Shown in pieces: positions 12,478-23,114 of a DNA stretch of 64,000 nt; the first letter of the stretch is position 1; every line of letters begins with the position of its first letter. This DNA comes from Lingula anatina (Eukaryota > Animalia > Brachiopoda), in NCBI GenBank assembly GCA_051362555.1, contig CM120649.1:744001-808000 (forward strand). The letters are read 5' to 3'. Under the pieces are notes generated by a model. The model had not been told where the DNA came from, made no database searches, and worked only from the letters and a program-made list of their open reading frames with translations. The translations under genes and the position numbers were made by a program.

Positions 12478-12956
12478 AGACTGTCATTAGCTGTTAGTGC
12501 TAACAACATCACCGAGGTGATAGTCCGCCGAAAAAAAAAATACAAAAAATAAATAAACAGTAGAACAGACTGTGATAGGCTGTTCATTCACCAGCCAGTC
12601 ACATCACCAAAAATATAGTGATAGTCCGTTCCAAAAATTCTCATAAATAAATGAAAAGAAAAATGGAATGCTAAAATAAGATCCCGGTATTTCAAAAATT
12701 TCATCAAATTAGACTGTAGTCACGTGTTAACACAAAATAAAGCTACATAACAGTTATAGTCCATTGATCACAATAGACTGTAGCGATTTATTAACACAAA
12801 ATAAACTACATCACAGAGTGACAGTCATATGGACTGTAGTCATGTGTTAACACAGAAATAAGCTACATAACAGTTATAGTCCATTAATTGATCTTAATAG
12901 ACTGTAGCCATTTTTCTTAAACACAAAAATAAACTACATCACAAAGTGATAGTCTA
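12478..12956 (-). other. Six putative RNA three-way-junction motifs in the LTR element's 3' UTR
   Basis: Units at 12478-12526, 12567-12627, 12711-12762, 12775-12826, 12831-12882 and 12898-12956 share (+ strand) GACT-GT..AC-AT(C/A)AC..GT(G/T)A(T/C)-AGTC with compensatory stem changes and variable loops. Confidence 0.6.
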
Positions 12957-14408
12957 ATTCTTTAAGGATATTGCTAGCAATATTTTTAATTTTCCCCATT
13001 GGAAATTTTTCACCGTGACGTCACGTTTTCTTATTTAACACTGGTGCTAATGTCCACACAAACTGAGACTCTTGTCAGCCTTGCATGAATCCGGTTGTTA
13101 ACATTCCGTTAACAATGCCCCCTATGCTTTCTGCATGACACACGCAAGCATCCACCGCATACGCGATTTAAGGGATTCGGCATTCTCGGCTTCATTTCCA
13201 CGTTGAGTGACTTAAGACCGACCAAGATCAAAATTGTCTCTAGTAAAAACATATTTCAATTTAGAAAACACCCCTTCTAAATTTGATTCTGCACTAGTAC
13301 TATTCCCTTTAGATACTTTAAACATCACTTCCAGATGTCCAGGGATAACCTGTTTTACTAGAGACACGCAACCCGAAGAGTCTAGCCCGATGTGAACGTC
13401 ACCAGCGGTTTTATTTAAATTTGGACTCCCGATGTTTGGAGTCTTGAAAGATGTTATACTACCGGTAGTTTTGTGTTAATTTTTTAGTTTTACAAACGTC
13501 TTCCAGTGAATGGGGCACTTGAAGGGCCCTTAGTGCTTCCACCCACCTTCAGAGTCTGTGACATTTAGTCCTTTTCAATCGGTTACTTGTTCTAGGGATA
13601 TTCTCGAAATTAGGGGAATTAACACTTGAAACCCCTGCAGAATTTAATCCCACAAGTTAGGTCTTGGTTCGGGTGTACACTTGTTATAGGGATGTTACCA
13701 GTTATAGGAGGGTGAATGAAAACCTCCACTAGTATGTTTTATCCCACAAGCGTATTTTAAGATTCGATACCGGTTTTAGGGACAGCTGATTTTACGAATA
13801 ATTTCAGGTGTTCCCACCGGTACATCGGTACATGTTGTCTCATCAGCTTTGTAACTGATAATGCAGGCACAGATTTTTTTTTTCAACTTTACAATCCACC
13901 CCCCTAAGCTAATATCAATCCAATTTAGAGATTTCCAAAATATCATTTGCTACTGTAGCTACCACATGACTTTATCGCATGAAGTTTTCTTTATTGATCG
14001 GAATTTTCGGACAGCACCATTCTCTGAATCAGTAACCCCATTTTACTCTTTATTTCTTTCCATGACTACCTTTCAGTCTGTTTATTGATTTCGCATGGAA
14101 TCATGTTCCGATTTTGGGGATACCACTGTCCTTTTCTTTTCGCTACACTTACTGGTGCTGTTTTATCTGTGAATCTGTTTTCTTTTTATATCATTTTTTC
14201 CGTCAATTTCCAGAAAACCTAAATTGCACTGAGCATATGCATTCAATTTTCAACAGTCATTGGTGCTACATGTACAAGAGTTAATCTCACCACTAAATTT
14301 TGTCGCAAACCTGTATTTCTAAATTTCCAATTCCCTGCAGCAAGAGATAGTAGGTCAATATAACTAAAAACTGGTGGCTAACATTAAATACGCGCAATGC
14401 ACTCTCCC

Positions 14409-14441
14409 TGACATTACAGAAATCTGCGCGCCCACGTCCAC
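14409..14441 (-). pseudogene. Relic of a retroviral-type aspartic protease (VDVGAQISVMS)
   Basis: Directly after the gag stop, the motif resembles VDTGAQISV with the catalytic DTG changed to DVG; the downstream sequence is broken by stops and frameshifts. Confidence 0.6.
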
Positions 14442-14453
14442 TTTTCCACTGAT

Positions 14454-15778
14454 CTACACCCGAGACCACTTAATGGACGAAAAATTGCCTGAAAGCCCAG
14501 GATTTTGATCTATACTAGGACCAGACTCCCACTCGACGCCCCTACGTTGATTTTGCTGCAATGATTGTTTTACTAGGTGAGGTTTTTCTGTGCCATGCAT
14601 TTGAGACGGTGTATTTGAACATGTACTCGATGCTCGAACCTTATGTTTAAATGACTCAGCGTTATCAGCTCGCTTTTGTTTTGCGAGTTCTTTTTCAGTA
14701 ATTTTTCGTTTTAAGAACTCTTTATATTTCTGGCAATTTCTTTTAAAATGGTCTTTTCTTTTACAGAAGAAACACACACTTGATGTTTTAGGTGTGGACT
14801 TCCTGACCAAATGTTCAACCGTTTTTTCCAAGTCAGCCCTTGAATTAAATTGAATTGTGCTCAATTTTGGCTGCTGGCTGACACGTTTCTCTATGATGGA
14901 CTCAACTAGTTTTTCAACATTTTCAGATGGAGATTGTTGATTTTCTCTAGCTGTAAGATCAAGAGAACATATTTGAATTTTTTCACGAATTTTTCTTGTT
15001 TCTTTTTGACTATTCGTGGGTTTACAAACATGTTGATAGTCCACCATATGTGTTATTGCGTCGCTGATGCTTGCTGGATGCTTTAAACTAGTATAACGCC
15101 CAGCATCCTGATCAATACAGTCTTGACAAAATTTTGATATTGTTTCTTTTGTCCTAAAAGACTCCGATTTATCAGGATAAGCATCTCTGACCAATAACAA
15201 AACGCGGCAAAGCCATTGGTTTAACGTTTCGTTTTGCGATTGAACGGCAGTAAGAAATGCCAGGCGAGCCGAATCGGGATGTTTTTTAATCCCGAACACT
15301 AAGTCCATTTCTTTCATTATAGATGTGTACGACACATTTTTATTTGCTCTGAGATGGCTATTATACAGAGCCAAAGCCTCGCCTTCAAGACACCACAGAA
15401 GGTAGTCCAGACACTCGTCTTCTGACCACTCTTTTATCTGGCGATAACTTTCATATCTTTTTCTGAAAGACTCCCAGTCGTCACTGTTTCCGTCAAACGA
15501 TAATTGTTTAGGTAAATCACTGGGGTCTACTCTGTCCTTTTTACTTTTTGGACCTACTTTTTCTGGTTTGGGTAGCCGAAAGTATTCTTTTTCAATGTTA
15601 TCCCTTTCATAAATTAGTGGTTCGTCACAGAAAACGGGAGGCGAGATTCTAGGGCGCGTATAATGTTTTCCTATTGAACTAGACCGGTATTCATGATTTT
15701 GTTGAACTGTATCGGCAAAATTTTGCTCAACATGTCGTTGCCGCCTTCCGGGTTTAGGAACATGAAACTGATACAGAT
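14454..15778 (-). CDS. gag: gag, 3' part (capsid-like region plus CCHC zinc knuckle), separated from the 5' part by the LINE
   Basis: The frame is open from the LINE junction (DLYQFHVPKP...LPKQLSFDGNSDDWESFRKRYE...WSEDECLDYLLWCLEGEALALY...) into ORF 14454..15374; it includes the knuckle CFFCKRKDHFKRNC. Confidence 0.85.
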
Positions 15779-15998
15779 TTTTTTTTTTAACAACGTTTAT
15801 TCAAAAGAATGAAGTGGAGGCAAGGCGCTGGAAGCATTATATGCTCTCCACAAAATTAAATTAAATAAGTAAATAAATAAATAAAACAAATGGATAGGTA
15901 TATACATATATACAACAGAGTAAATGTAAAACTTCATATATATATCAGGAGCACAAGTTAAGTACAGAAAGAAAGAAGAGGAAAAGAGATAATACCTA

Positions 15999-18900
15999 TT
16001 AAGTGATAACAAAGTTTACGAGAAGAAAATTTGCAACAGTGTCGAAGATAATTTCATTTTGGGTGGGTGATAAGGATTTATGACCGTAGAGAAATAACGA
16101 CAGCTTTTCTTTTTGTGTTTTGAAAGAGGTCTTGCTTGCATGTAGAGTTTCATTTATTTTTTGGTAAAGGGGAGGGTACTTTGAATTGAGTAAAGGGCAT
16201 CTGAAGAAAAAGTGAAGAGGGGTTTCAAGGGCACCACAGGTGCAGTGTGGTGTATCAATAGTAGTCCAGTTATGCCTAAACAATTCTGCTCTAAATAAAC
16301 AACCGACCCTCGCTCTGTTAAGAATTTTTTCATGATTTCTGTTCAAGTTTAGTGTTGTTGTTGAAAGCGACCCAGCAGTGAGGTGTTTTTTTATCGAGTT
16401 CTTGAAAGATGAGATTGAAGGTAAAGATTTAGTGGAGGAGGAGAGTTGATCCCATGAAGACATCAGAAAATAGTTAACTGAGGTACGGGGGTATTTAGGA
16501 GGAAGTTTAAAGTCTCTTTTGTTATTTTCTCGGGTTATGATTGGAAAAGGGTTTCTGAATGGGCGGAATATATCAGAAACATAGGAGGGGACCAAATTCG
16601 CCATGACTGAAAACATAATTTTTTGAGCATGCATTTTTCTTCTATCAAATAGAGAAATCCAATTTAGTTGTTCAAATATTTTGGAGGTACAAGAGCTAGG
16701 TAAGGCTCCCAGTACTATTTTGCCGGCTTGGTATTGAAGAGACGATAGTTTCGATAATTTCTTCTGGAGTGAGTTATGATAGAAGATGTCACAGTAATCA
16801 AATTGTGATTGGATAAAGGCATTATATATAACATTTAAATGTTTGGACCTAACTTTGCAGTATAGAGGTTTTAGTGCATTTACGGCCCGTTGAACCTTTT
16901 CGCAAACATGATCAATATGATCATTAAAATTTAGTTTTGAATCAAGTACTAGTCCCAGGTGTTTGTGGCTCTTTGTCCTAGGTATCATGGTATTGTTTAT
17001 ATACAATTCAGGGTATGTACTATTATCATTTTCTTTGCCGAATATAATTTCGCGGCACTTTGCCGGTTTAAAATTGAGTTTCCATTTATTGGACCAATTT
17101 TCAATGGTACGTAGGTCACCTTGTAATATAGCATGTGAATCAACATCTCCCCGACGCGAGGGCATAAAGAGGGAAGTATCATCCGCATAGATGAAACAAT
17201 CAGTAGAGAGTCCGTCAGGGAGGTCATTTATATATATGAGAAAAAGTAATGGGCCAAGTATGCTACCTTGGGGTACACTTGTATTTATGTAACCTCCCTT
17301 AGATAAATTAGACGATTTCCCACCAACACGTACTTTAACTCTTCTATTAGACAAGTACGATGACAATAGTGCATGAAGTTTGCCGGTTAGACCGTAAGAC
17401 TTGAGTTTAAGGAGAAGGAGTGAATGGGGAACTCTGTCGAATGCAGCCTCTATATCGAGAAAGACTCCTCTGGTGTCATAACCATTAATAGAATTACTCG
17501 TAATTAAATTATGAATCGCCAAGAGCTGGTGCTCTGTGCTATGACCCTTCAAAAAGCCGGATTGTTTAGGGTATAGGAGTTTGTTGTTCAGAATAAAGTT
17601 AATCACTCTATTATATATTATTCGCTCTAAAATCTTAGATATAATACTAAGTAAAGAAATTGGTCTATAGTTTAAAATAGATTTTTTATCATCTTTTTTA
17701 AAGATTGGGCAAATTTCGGCAATTTTCCAGATGTTGGGGAAGGTATTAGACTGTATAATTGCGTTGAACAGAATATTTAGGGGCTTCACCACGGAGTTTT
17801 TGGTAAGTTTTATCATCTTGACGGTAATCAGGTCAGGGCCGTTAGCTTTAGATGGGTCTAAATCATCAATTATCGATTTAATTTCACTAATAGTGGATTG
17901 TATCTGAGATAGGGAAGCATCAGTTCTTACAGGAAAGAGAATTTCGCCAACATTTGCTACAGAGTCCGAGTGGTACATTGATGAGAAATAGGACAGAAAT
18001 TCATCAGCCTTTTCTTGATCAGTAGAAGCGACAGATCCATTTCTCGGGTTATTGAGAATAGGAATAGAAGACGATCGCTGTTTCCCAAGAATATTTTTCA
18101 TTACGGTCCAGTATGATTTACTATCATCACCTTTATTGTCGAGGCTCTCTATTTTAGAATTAAGGAATGATTCTTTTGTTTTAATTATTAATTCTTTAAC
18201 TTTTATCGCCTGATTTTTGTAATTATTTTCATTCCTTTCTGAAGGTTTAATTCTCATTTTTTTATATAGTTTCTTTTTCTTATTTAACTCATGCTTGATT
18301 TGGTCATTAAACCATGGCTTGTCATTTGACCTGATCAGCCTCCTTTTATGGGGTATATGGCGTTTGTAAAAAGAGAGTAAAGAATCAGTAAAAACTTCAG
18401 TTTTTTCGTTCATATCATAATTATTTTTTAAAAATAGAGTTTCCCAGTCATATTCACTTATGTCTTTGTCTAAAGCCACCAAATTAGCCTGATCGTACTT
18501 CCATATTGTTCTATATACAGGATCGTGTTTGGGTTGAGTAATACAAAGTTCAGTAACGAGGGTACTATGATCCGTTTGGCCAATGGGCGGGTCAACGAAG
18601 GCACTGTTAATTAAGTCGGGTCTGTTTGTCAGAGTCAAATCGATACAAGAAGCGGATTTTCCTTGTATCCTGGTAGGCTCGTGGATCAGTTGATCGAAGC
18701 CTTTTTCTAGAAACAAACTGCTCAAAAGCTTACCCGTGAGGTCTTCCTTACCTTTTCTGAACCAACTAAGAGAGTGAGCATTAAAGTCTCCATTAATAAA
18801 AATACCGTTTGAATTTAGTTGGCATGCTTTTTCGAGACTCATTTTACATAAGTTCACAAACTTGTCTCTTTCGGTTGATGTTTGACTAGGCGACCTATAG

Positions 18901-19751
18901 AAGATGCCATATAAAAACCGCTTAAACTGTAACTGAAATTCAATCCAAATGCAGTTGAGATCGTCACTCTTTAACTCAGGACATTCTTTGTAAACTATTT
19001 TCGAGCTGACATAGATTAATAAGCCTTGGCCAATGTTGTAGTAGATGGGAGAATGGTAACCCTCGATGTTGTAGACAGTGTTTAACTGATAAGAAGATAA
19101 CTTTCCCACCTCACATAAGCCGATGATTGACGCTTTTAGGAGTTTGGCTCGGATCATTAAGGCCTCAAATCTTGCACCATTTTCCGCACTGATGCTTCTG
19201 ATGTTTGAAAACAAAAAATTGACTTCCTCAACCCGATTTTGCAGACGTTTATGTGGGCCTGGATTTGGGTGGATATCACCTGAAATTAAGAGCAATAGAC
19301 ATAAATTAATTTTATAGGGCAGACCAGGAGTTATTGGTAAGATAAACAGAGAGGATGGAAAAAAGGTACCGGTAAGAAAAGACATACTTTTGGCCAATCT
19401 ATTGTTTAGCACATTATTTCGGTTGTATATATTGAGATAATTTGTACTGTTATTAAAAGTAGCAGACACTAAAATTGTTTCCACTTTCCAAGACTGAGAG
19501 TCACCGGGGCTTGGGTAGATTTCCCCTGAAATTAAGAGCAGTAGAAGTATAATAGTCACCAGAGGTAACCAGCAGCAAGTTACGGGTGTTGGAGATAAAG
19601 AAGATAATGAAAATAAGGATATAACGTAATTTGGCTCCGTTTTGCATTTTGCTATACTAGTAGAAATTTGACTATAAGAATAAATCGAGTTAACAAGTCT
19701 ACTAGGCAAATTGCCGACTATGTCAGTTGTGATCAGTTGAAAATGATTCAA
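15999..19751 (-). CDS. LINE ORF2: AP-endonuclease, reverse transcriptase and C-terminal CCHC, 1250 aa, uninterrupted
   Basis: EN motifs NIRS, LCE, YRSP, GDFNAH, CIDL, TDH. RT motifs KANGPD, YRPISLL, QSGF, FLDIEAAFDRV, VPQGSILGPLLF, YADD, HLG. C-terminal CTCGALETPLHFFFRC. Confidence 0.95.
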   Translation of the reverse strand: MNHFQLITTDIVGNLPSRLVNSIYSYSQISTSIAKCKTEPNYVISLFSLSSLSPTPVTCCWLPLVTIILLLLLISGEIYPSPGDSQSWKVETILVSATFNNSTNYLNIYNRNNVLNNRLAKSMSFLTGTFFPSSLFILPITPGLPYKINLCLLLLISGDIHPNPGPHKRLQNRVEEVNFLFSNIRSISAENGARFEALMIRAKLLKASIIGLCEVGKLSSYQLNTVYNIEGYHSPIYYNIGQGLLIYVSSKIVYKECPELKSDDLNCIWIEFQLQFKRFLYGIFYRSPSQTSTERDKFVNLCKMSLEKACQLNSNGIFINGDFNAHSLSWFRKGKEDLTGKLLSSLFLEKGFDQLIHEPTRIQGKSASCIDLTLTNRPDLINSAFVDPPIGQTDHSTLVTELCITQPKHDPVYRTIWKYDQANLVALDKDISEYDWETLFLKNNYDMNEKTEVFTDSLLSFYKRHIPHKRRLIRSNDKPWFNDQIKHELNKKKKLYKKMRIKPSERNENNYKNQAIKVKELIIKTKESFLNSKIESLDNKGDDSKSYWTVMKNILGKQRSSSIPILNNPRNGSVASTDQEKADEFLSYFSSMYHSDSVANVGEILFPVRTDASLSQIQSTISEIKSIIDDLDPSKANGPDLITVKMIKLTKNSVVKPLNILFNAIIQSNTFPNIWKIAEICPIFKKDDKKSILNYRPISLLSIISKILERIIYNRVINFILNNKLLYPKQSGFLKGHSTEHQLLAIHNLITSNSINGYDTRGVFLDIEAAFDRVPHSLLLLKLKSYGLTGKLHALLSSYLSNRRVKVRVGGKSSNLSKGGYINTSVPQGSILGPLLFLIYINDLPDGLSTDCFIYADDTSLFMPSRRGDVDSHAILQGDLRTIENWSNKWKLNFKPAKCREIIFGKENDNSTYPELYINNTMIPRTKSHKHLGLVLDSKLNFNDHIDHVCEKVQRAVNALKPLYCKVRSKHLNVIYNAFIQSQFDYCDIFYHNSLQKKLSKLSSLQYQAGKIVLGALPSSCTSKIFEQLNWISLFDRRKMHAQKIMFSVMANLVPSYVSDIFRPFRNPFPIITRENNKRDFKLPPKYPRTSVNYFLMSSWDQLSSSTKSLPSISSFKNSIKKHLTAGSLSTTTLNLNRNHEKILNRARVGCLFRAELFRHNWTTIDTPHCTCGALETPLHFFFRCPLLNSKYPPLYQKINETLHASKTSFKTQKEKLSLFLYGHKSLSPTQNEIIFDTVANFLLVNFVIT
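19254..19298 (-). other. 2A-like (StopGo) peptide LLLLISGDIHPNPGP upstream of the endonuclease
   Basis: A hydrophobic tract plus GDIxxNPGP; it differs from the canonical D(V/I)ExNPGP by E>H. Confidence 0.6.
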
Positions 19752-19768
19752 AACACTTCCTCCTAACT

Positions 19769-20505
19769 AACTGATACAGATCACAATTCACATCACCCTT
19801 ATGGACAGACGGAGCAAAGTGCCGACTACTGTCCTTACCATTCGGAAAGGAAGTAACAGTATCAGGGTTCATGACGCGGCCTGGAGACTTTGCATGCACA
19901 GAAGATGTTACTTTTTTATCTTTGTTATTGGCACGCAGCCTCTCAATAGGCAGAGCAAAAATGTCGTATTCAGAGGCTAAAGTGGCTGGCTGCGATGTGA
20001 AAGATTTTGGGTCAATAGCTGAGTGAAAATGAGATTTTGAACAATATTTTAATTTAGAATATGTTGATGGTGAAAAATTAGCAGCGTTTTTTATATTTTT
20101 ACTGCGAGAAATTTGTTCTTTGTGTTGAATTTTCTCACCCAGTTTGAGAATTTTTTCAAATTCCGCCCTATATCTCTCAGCAGCCGCCCTTCCTTCATGT
20201 TGAATGTAGGAAGTCACTTTAGAAGTTGTTTTATGACTTTTTTCAGTGGATAATACGCTAGGGTCTAGGTCACCCATCTTGACTTCAGATCCTATTTCAC
20301 TTCGGTGAGTACTTTCAAAACAGAGATTTTTGCTTACATTTGATCCAATATTTGATCCACAAATCTCAAAAACGTTGGATCTGGTCAGCGGGATCCCATG
20401 TTCTCTAGCATATATCCTTTCTGCACGCTTAGGACCTATACCTGGCAGTGTGACGAGCTCATCGGAAGTCTCACGATCGATTGGCAACCTTGATGCACTC
20501 GCCAT
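19769..20505 (-). CDS. gag: gag, 5' part with an N-terminal helix-hairpin-helix motif
   Basis: ORF 19723..20505 begins MASASRLPIDRETSDELVTLPGIGPKRAERI (ComEA-like HhH). It is in frame with the 3' part once the LINE and one TSD copy are removed (241+135+306 = 682 codons). Confidence 0.8.
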
Positions 20506-21079
20506 TGTACATTAGTAAGCGAGAATTAAATTGATTCAAAATAATTTCACCTATCAAAGCACAATACACTACCAAGCTTATAGCGAAATTCACTATAAAT
20601 AGAATCCAAAAACGTACAGTTAATTCAAATTTGGGGAAGGAAGACTTCGGCACACAACGCAATAAGTTGAATTTAGACAGAAATTCTGTTCAGAAACCTA
20701 TCTAAAATACAAAAGAATAATCAACAAAAACACTGAAGTCAATATTTTATTCTTTCAAATAAACTAAAGAAACAAAGAAACTAAAATATTACGTGTGCAC
20801 CTCAGTCTTGGGGAAAATTCAGCTTTGATAACAACACACAGGGGAATGAGACCAACGTCTCCTTTATATCACAATTCACACACGTAAGCACTGAAAATAC
20901 AGTAGATACGCAACAAATACCAGTGTCTCCTGAAGCGGTAACCTTTATGATCCAAAACTGAAACTACAATTTTGACCGCCGCTCCACCCAATTATTCAAA
21001 AGGATGTTAGACAAAGGAATTTCCCGCGTAATCTACTTTCAGCTAGATCGCAGCGAAAACTAAGCTTTAGGCCCGCAAA

Positions 21080-21092
21080 ATCCTTGTCGCCA
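21080..21092 (-). other. Primer binding site TGGCGACAAGGAT, probably complementary to the tRNA-Ser(GCT) 3' end
   Basis: Starts with TGG directly after the 5' LTR; one mismatch to TGGCGACGAGGAT, the complement of the metazoan tRNA-Ser(GCT) 3' end as I recall it. Confidence 0.7.
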
Positions 21093-21093
21093 A

Positions 21094-21341
21094 TAAAGTA
21101 TTCACTGGTTCTACTTACGGAGTGAGATTGTAGATCACTGTGTATTGTGTCTCAATTCTGATTATTTTTTGTCGTCTGTACCGTACACGTCTGCACGGTA
21201 GCTGTGGTTGAGTTGTACTCACCGGGATCAGGCAGGGAAGTTGGGCTCTCCACCTGGTGTGCGCAGTACTTACCGTAATTGCGCGCTCTCCGCGCAGGGA
21301 GAGCACACCGGGTGAAGGTAGGAAAATGCACGAACACAACA
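21094..21341 (-). repeat. 5' LTR (248 bp)
   Basis: Identical to 12115-12362; followed after 1 nt by the PBS. Confidence 0.95.
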
Positions 21342-22980
21342 GTGTATTCGCCCAACCACCCACCCTAAACTTTCGATCTTTCCTTTATAGTTACTGATGA
21401 CGTAGGCCAAACAAGCTTCAATTGAAAATAAGTACTCCACAAAACGAATCGGTATGATTTTTACAGATTTCAAACTGAAATATATGCAAGAAAAAGATTT
21501 AGCTGTTTTTTTAAGGAATGGCTTTAATATAGTTTTTGTCAATATTGAAACAAGTTATTTAGTAAGTAATTTCGTAAAATAGTGACCTCTTCATTTTACG
21601 AATTGTTCCTAAGGTTTTTTATCTTCAAACCGAGAAGTTCGGGAAATATATTTATTGTTGAATGATAGCTCCAGCACCGAATATTTGGACTTAGATTTTC
21701 TCTGGCATCGATTTACATTTTGGGTAAAATAATTTAGACATCTCTACAAACCAAAAATTCAGTGCAATGACAGATGGCACAATGCACATGTATGACAACA
21801 GCTAACGAAATGCACGACCACGTAATAAAATCGAACTGATAAAGAGAATTCAAACTTACAAAACTTTTATTCACATTACAATAAAATAAATCAATGTTGA
21901 AAATACTAGTAACAATGTACATTTCTCAGCAAAAAAGTATTTATGTACTTTATGATTTGACAAAGAAATAAAACTAAATCAAATTTTGACAATTCTTTCA
22001 CAGAATAATAACTCGCTTGGTTAATTTTAACTTACACAAACTATAATAATGACGATTTCACTTACTCTTTATACTTTTTGGATGACACATATCGTCATAT
22101 TGTTATTATCATGAGCATGTCCGTATTGCATTCACTGCCCTATCTCAATGTTACTACTGACTATTCCATTCCACGTTTGCCTTATATACTATATACCACG
22201 TATATTGCCAGCTCCTTCTATTGTCAGTCTAATCAATCCCAAGTTTGTCAACTTTTCATCGTGAATCACCATCAATTATTCCTATATGTGCAGCTGAATC
22301 AGTGTCTAGGATAGGAAGAAATATTCCCATGAACTTCACTTGCGATGACCATTTTTTCGCAGAGGCCACGTGGTCGTTTGTCCCCTACTTTCGTCAACAG
22401 TTATCACCGTGGTCCTTTTCAATATTCTAAGTCGAATGACACAAATAAACCACGAGAATGCCCAGAACATTTACGTCTTCCAGACCAGTAAAAAGTGACA
22501 TTAATTTTTAGAAATAGCAATGTCTTCTTCACCGCCTGCACTGAGGTCTCGCTGCCCATGCTCTGCTATAACCGACTGGTCAATTCTCCGGCAACCTTGA
22601 CAAATTGTCATCTTTCTTGCCGTTACACTGTATGTAGGCCACTCCACAAAATGTGAACACATTTTGCGCAATATTTACATACTTCTAACTCCCCCTAATT
22701 ATTTTTTCCGTCCTATGATGCAGTACCCTCCTATACGGCATGAAATCAACAATGGTTTTAAAATGTATTAATACATTAAATATTACTTAAAATGATAATG
22801 GAGATTCAAATGTTCAATTTTTTAATCACACATATGGCTTTCGGTGAAGACTTCTCTGACACAAGTAATAAAACCAATGGCCTAGACAGATTTCTCTCTC
22901 TCTAATTTTGAAAGAAAAATAAAAACATTTAGATTTGAAATTAAAGTTAACCTATAACAATTTTTGAAACTATTGAAAAA

Positions 22981-23012
<32 letters not shown>

Positions 23013-23108
23013 ATTAGTGCCAATAAGGCCTATCACCATCGACATCAACCGGATTTACTTGAAAAATTGCAAAAAAACAAACAAACAAAAGTTAAAACTG
23101 TGACAGAC

Positions 23109-23114
23109 TTTATT
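23109..23114 (-). terminator. Candidate polyadenylation signal of the GPCR gene
   Basis: AATAAA on -, followed by a GT/T-rich tract (TTTTGTTTGTTTG); it would imply a 3' UTR of about 3.8 kb. Other sites are possible. Confidence 0.25.

Larger units (their letters stand above)
15779..19768 (-). mobile_element. Non-LTR retrotransposon (APE-type, CR1/L2 group) inserted in gag
   Basis: 13-bp TSD AACTGATACAGAT (15766-15778 and 19769-19781); poly(A) tail preceded by AATAAA (15796-15801 on -); a single long ORF, probably 5'-truncated. Confidence 0.92.
12115..21341 (-). mobile_element. Gypsy-like non-autonomous (gag-only) LTR retrotransposon containing a nested LINE
   Basis: Two 248-bp direct repeats (12115-12362, 21094-21341) with no difference seen by eye; 4-bp TSD GTGT (12111-12114, 21342-21345); PBS 21080-21092; PPT 12363-12380; gag with CCHC knuckle; protease relic; no RT/RNaseH/integrase ORF outside the LINE. 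Confidence 0.92.

Noticed and set aside
12478-12956. Hammerhead ribozymes (retrozyme-like)
   Set aside because: Three-helix junctions are present, but the CUGAnGA and GAAA core nucleotides are absent on both strands.
19723-19768. C-terminus LVRRKCFESFSTDHN of the 260-aa ORF as real gag sequence, or that ORF as LINE ORF1
   Set aside because: The TSD at 19769-19781 marks the LINE boundary; the ORF upstream of it belongs to gag and merely reads into the LINE.
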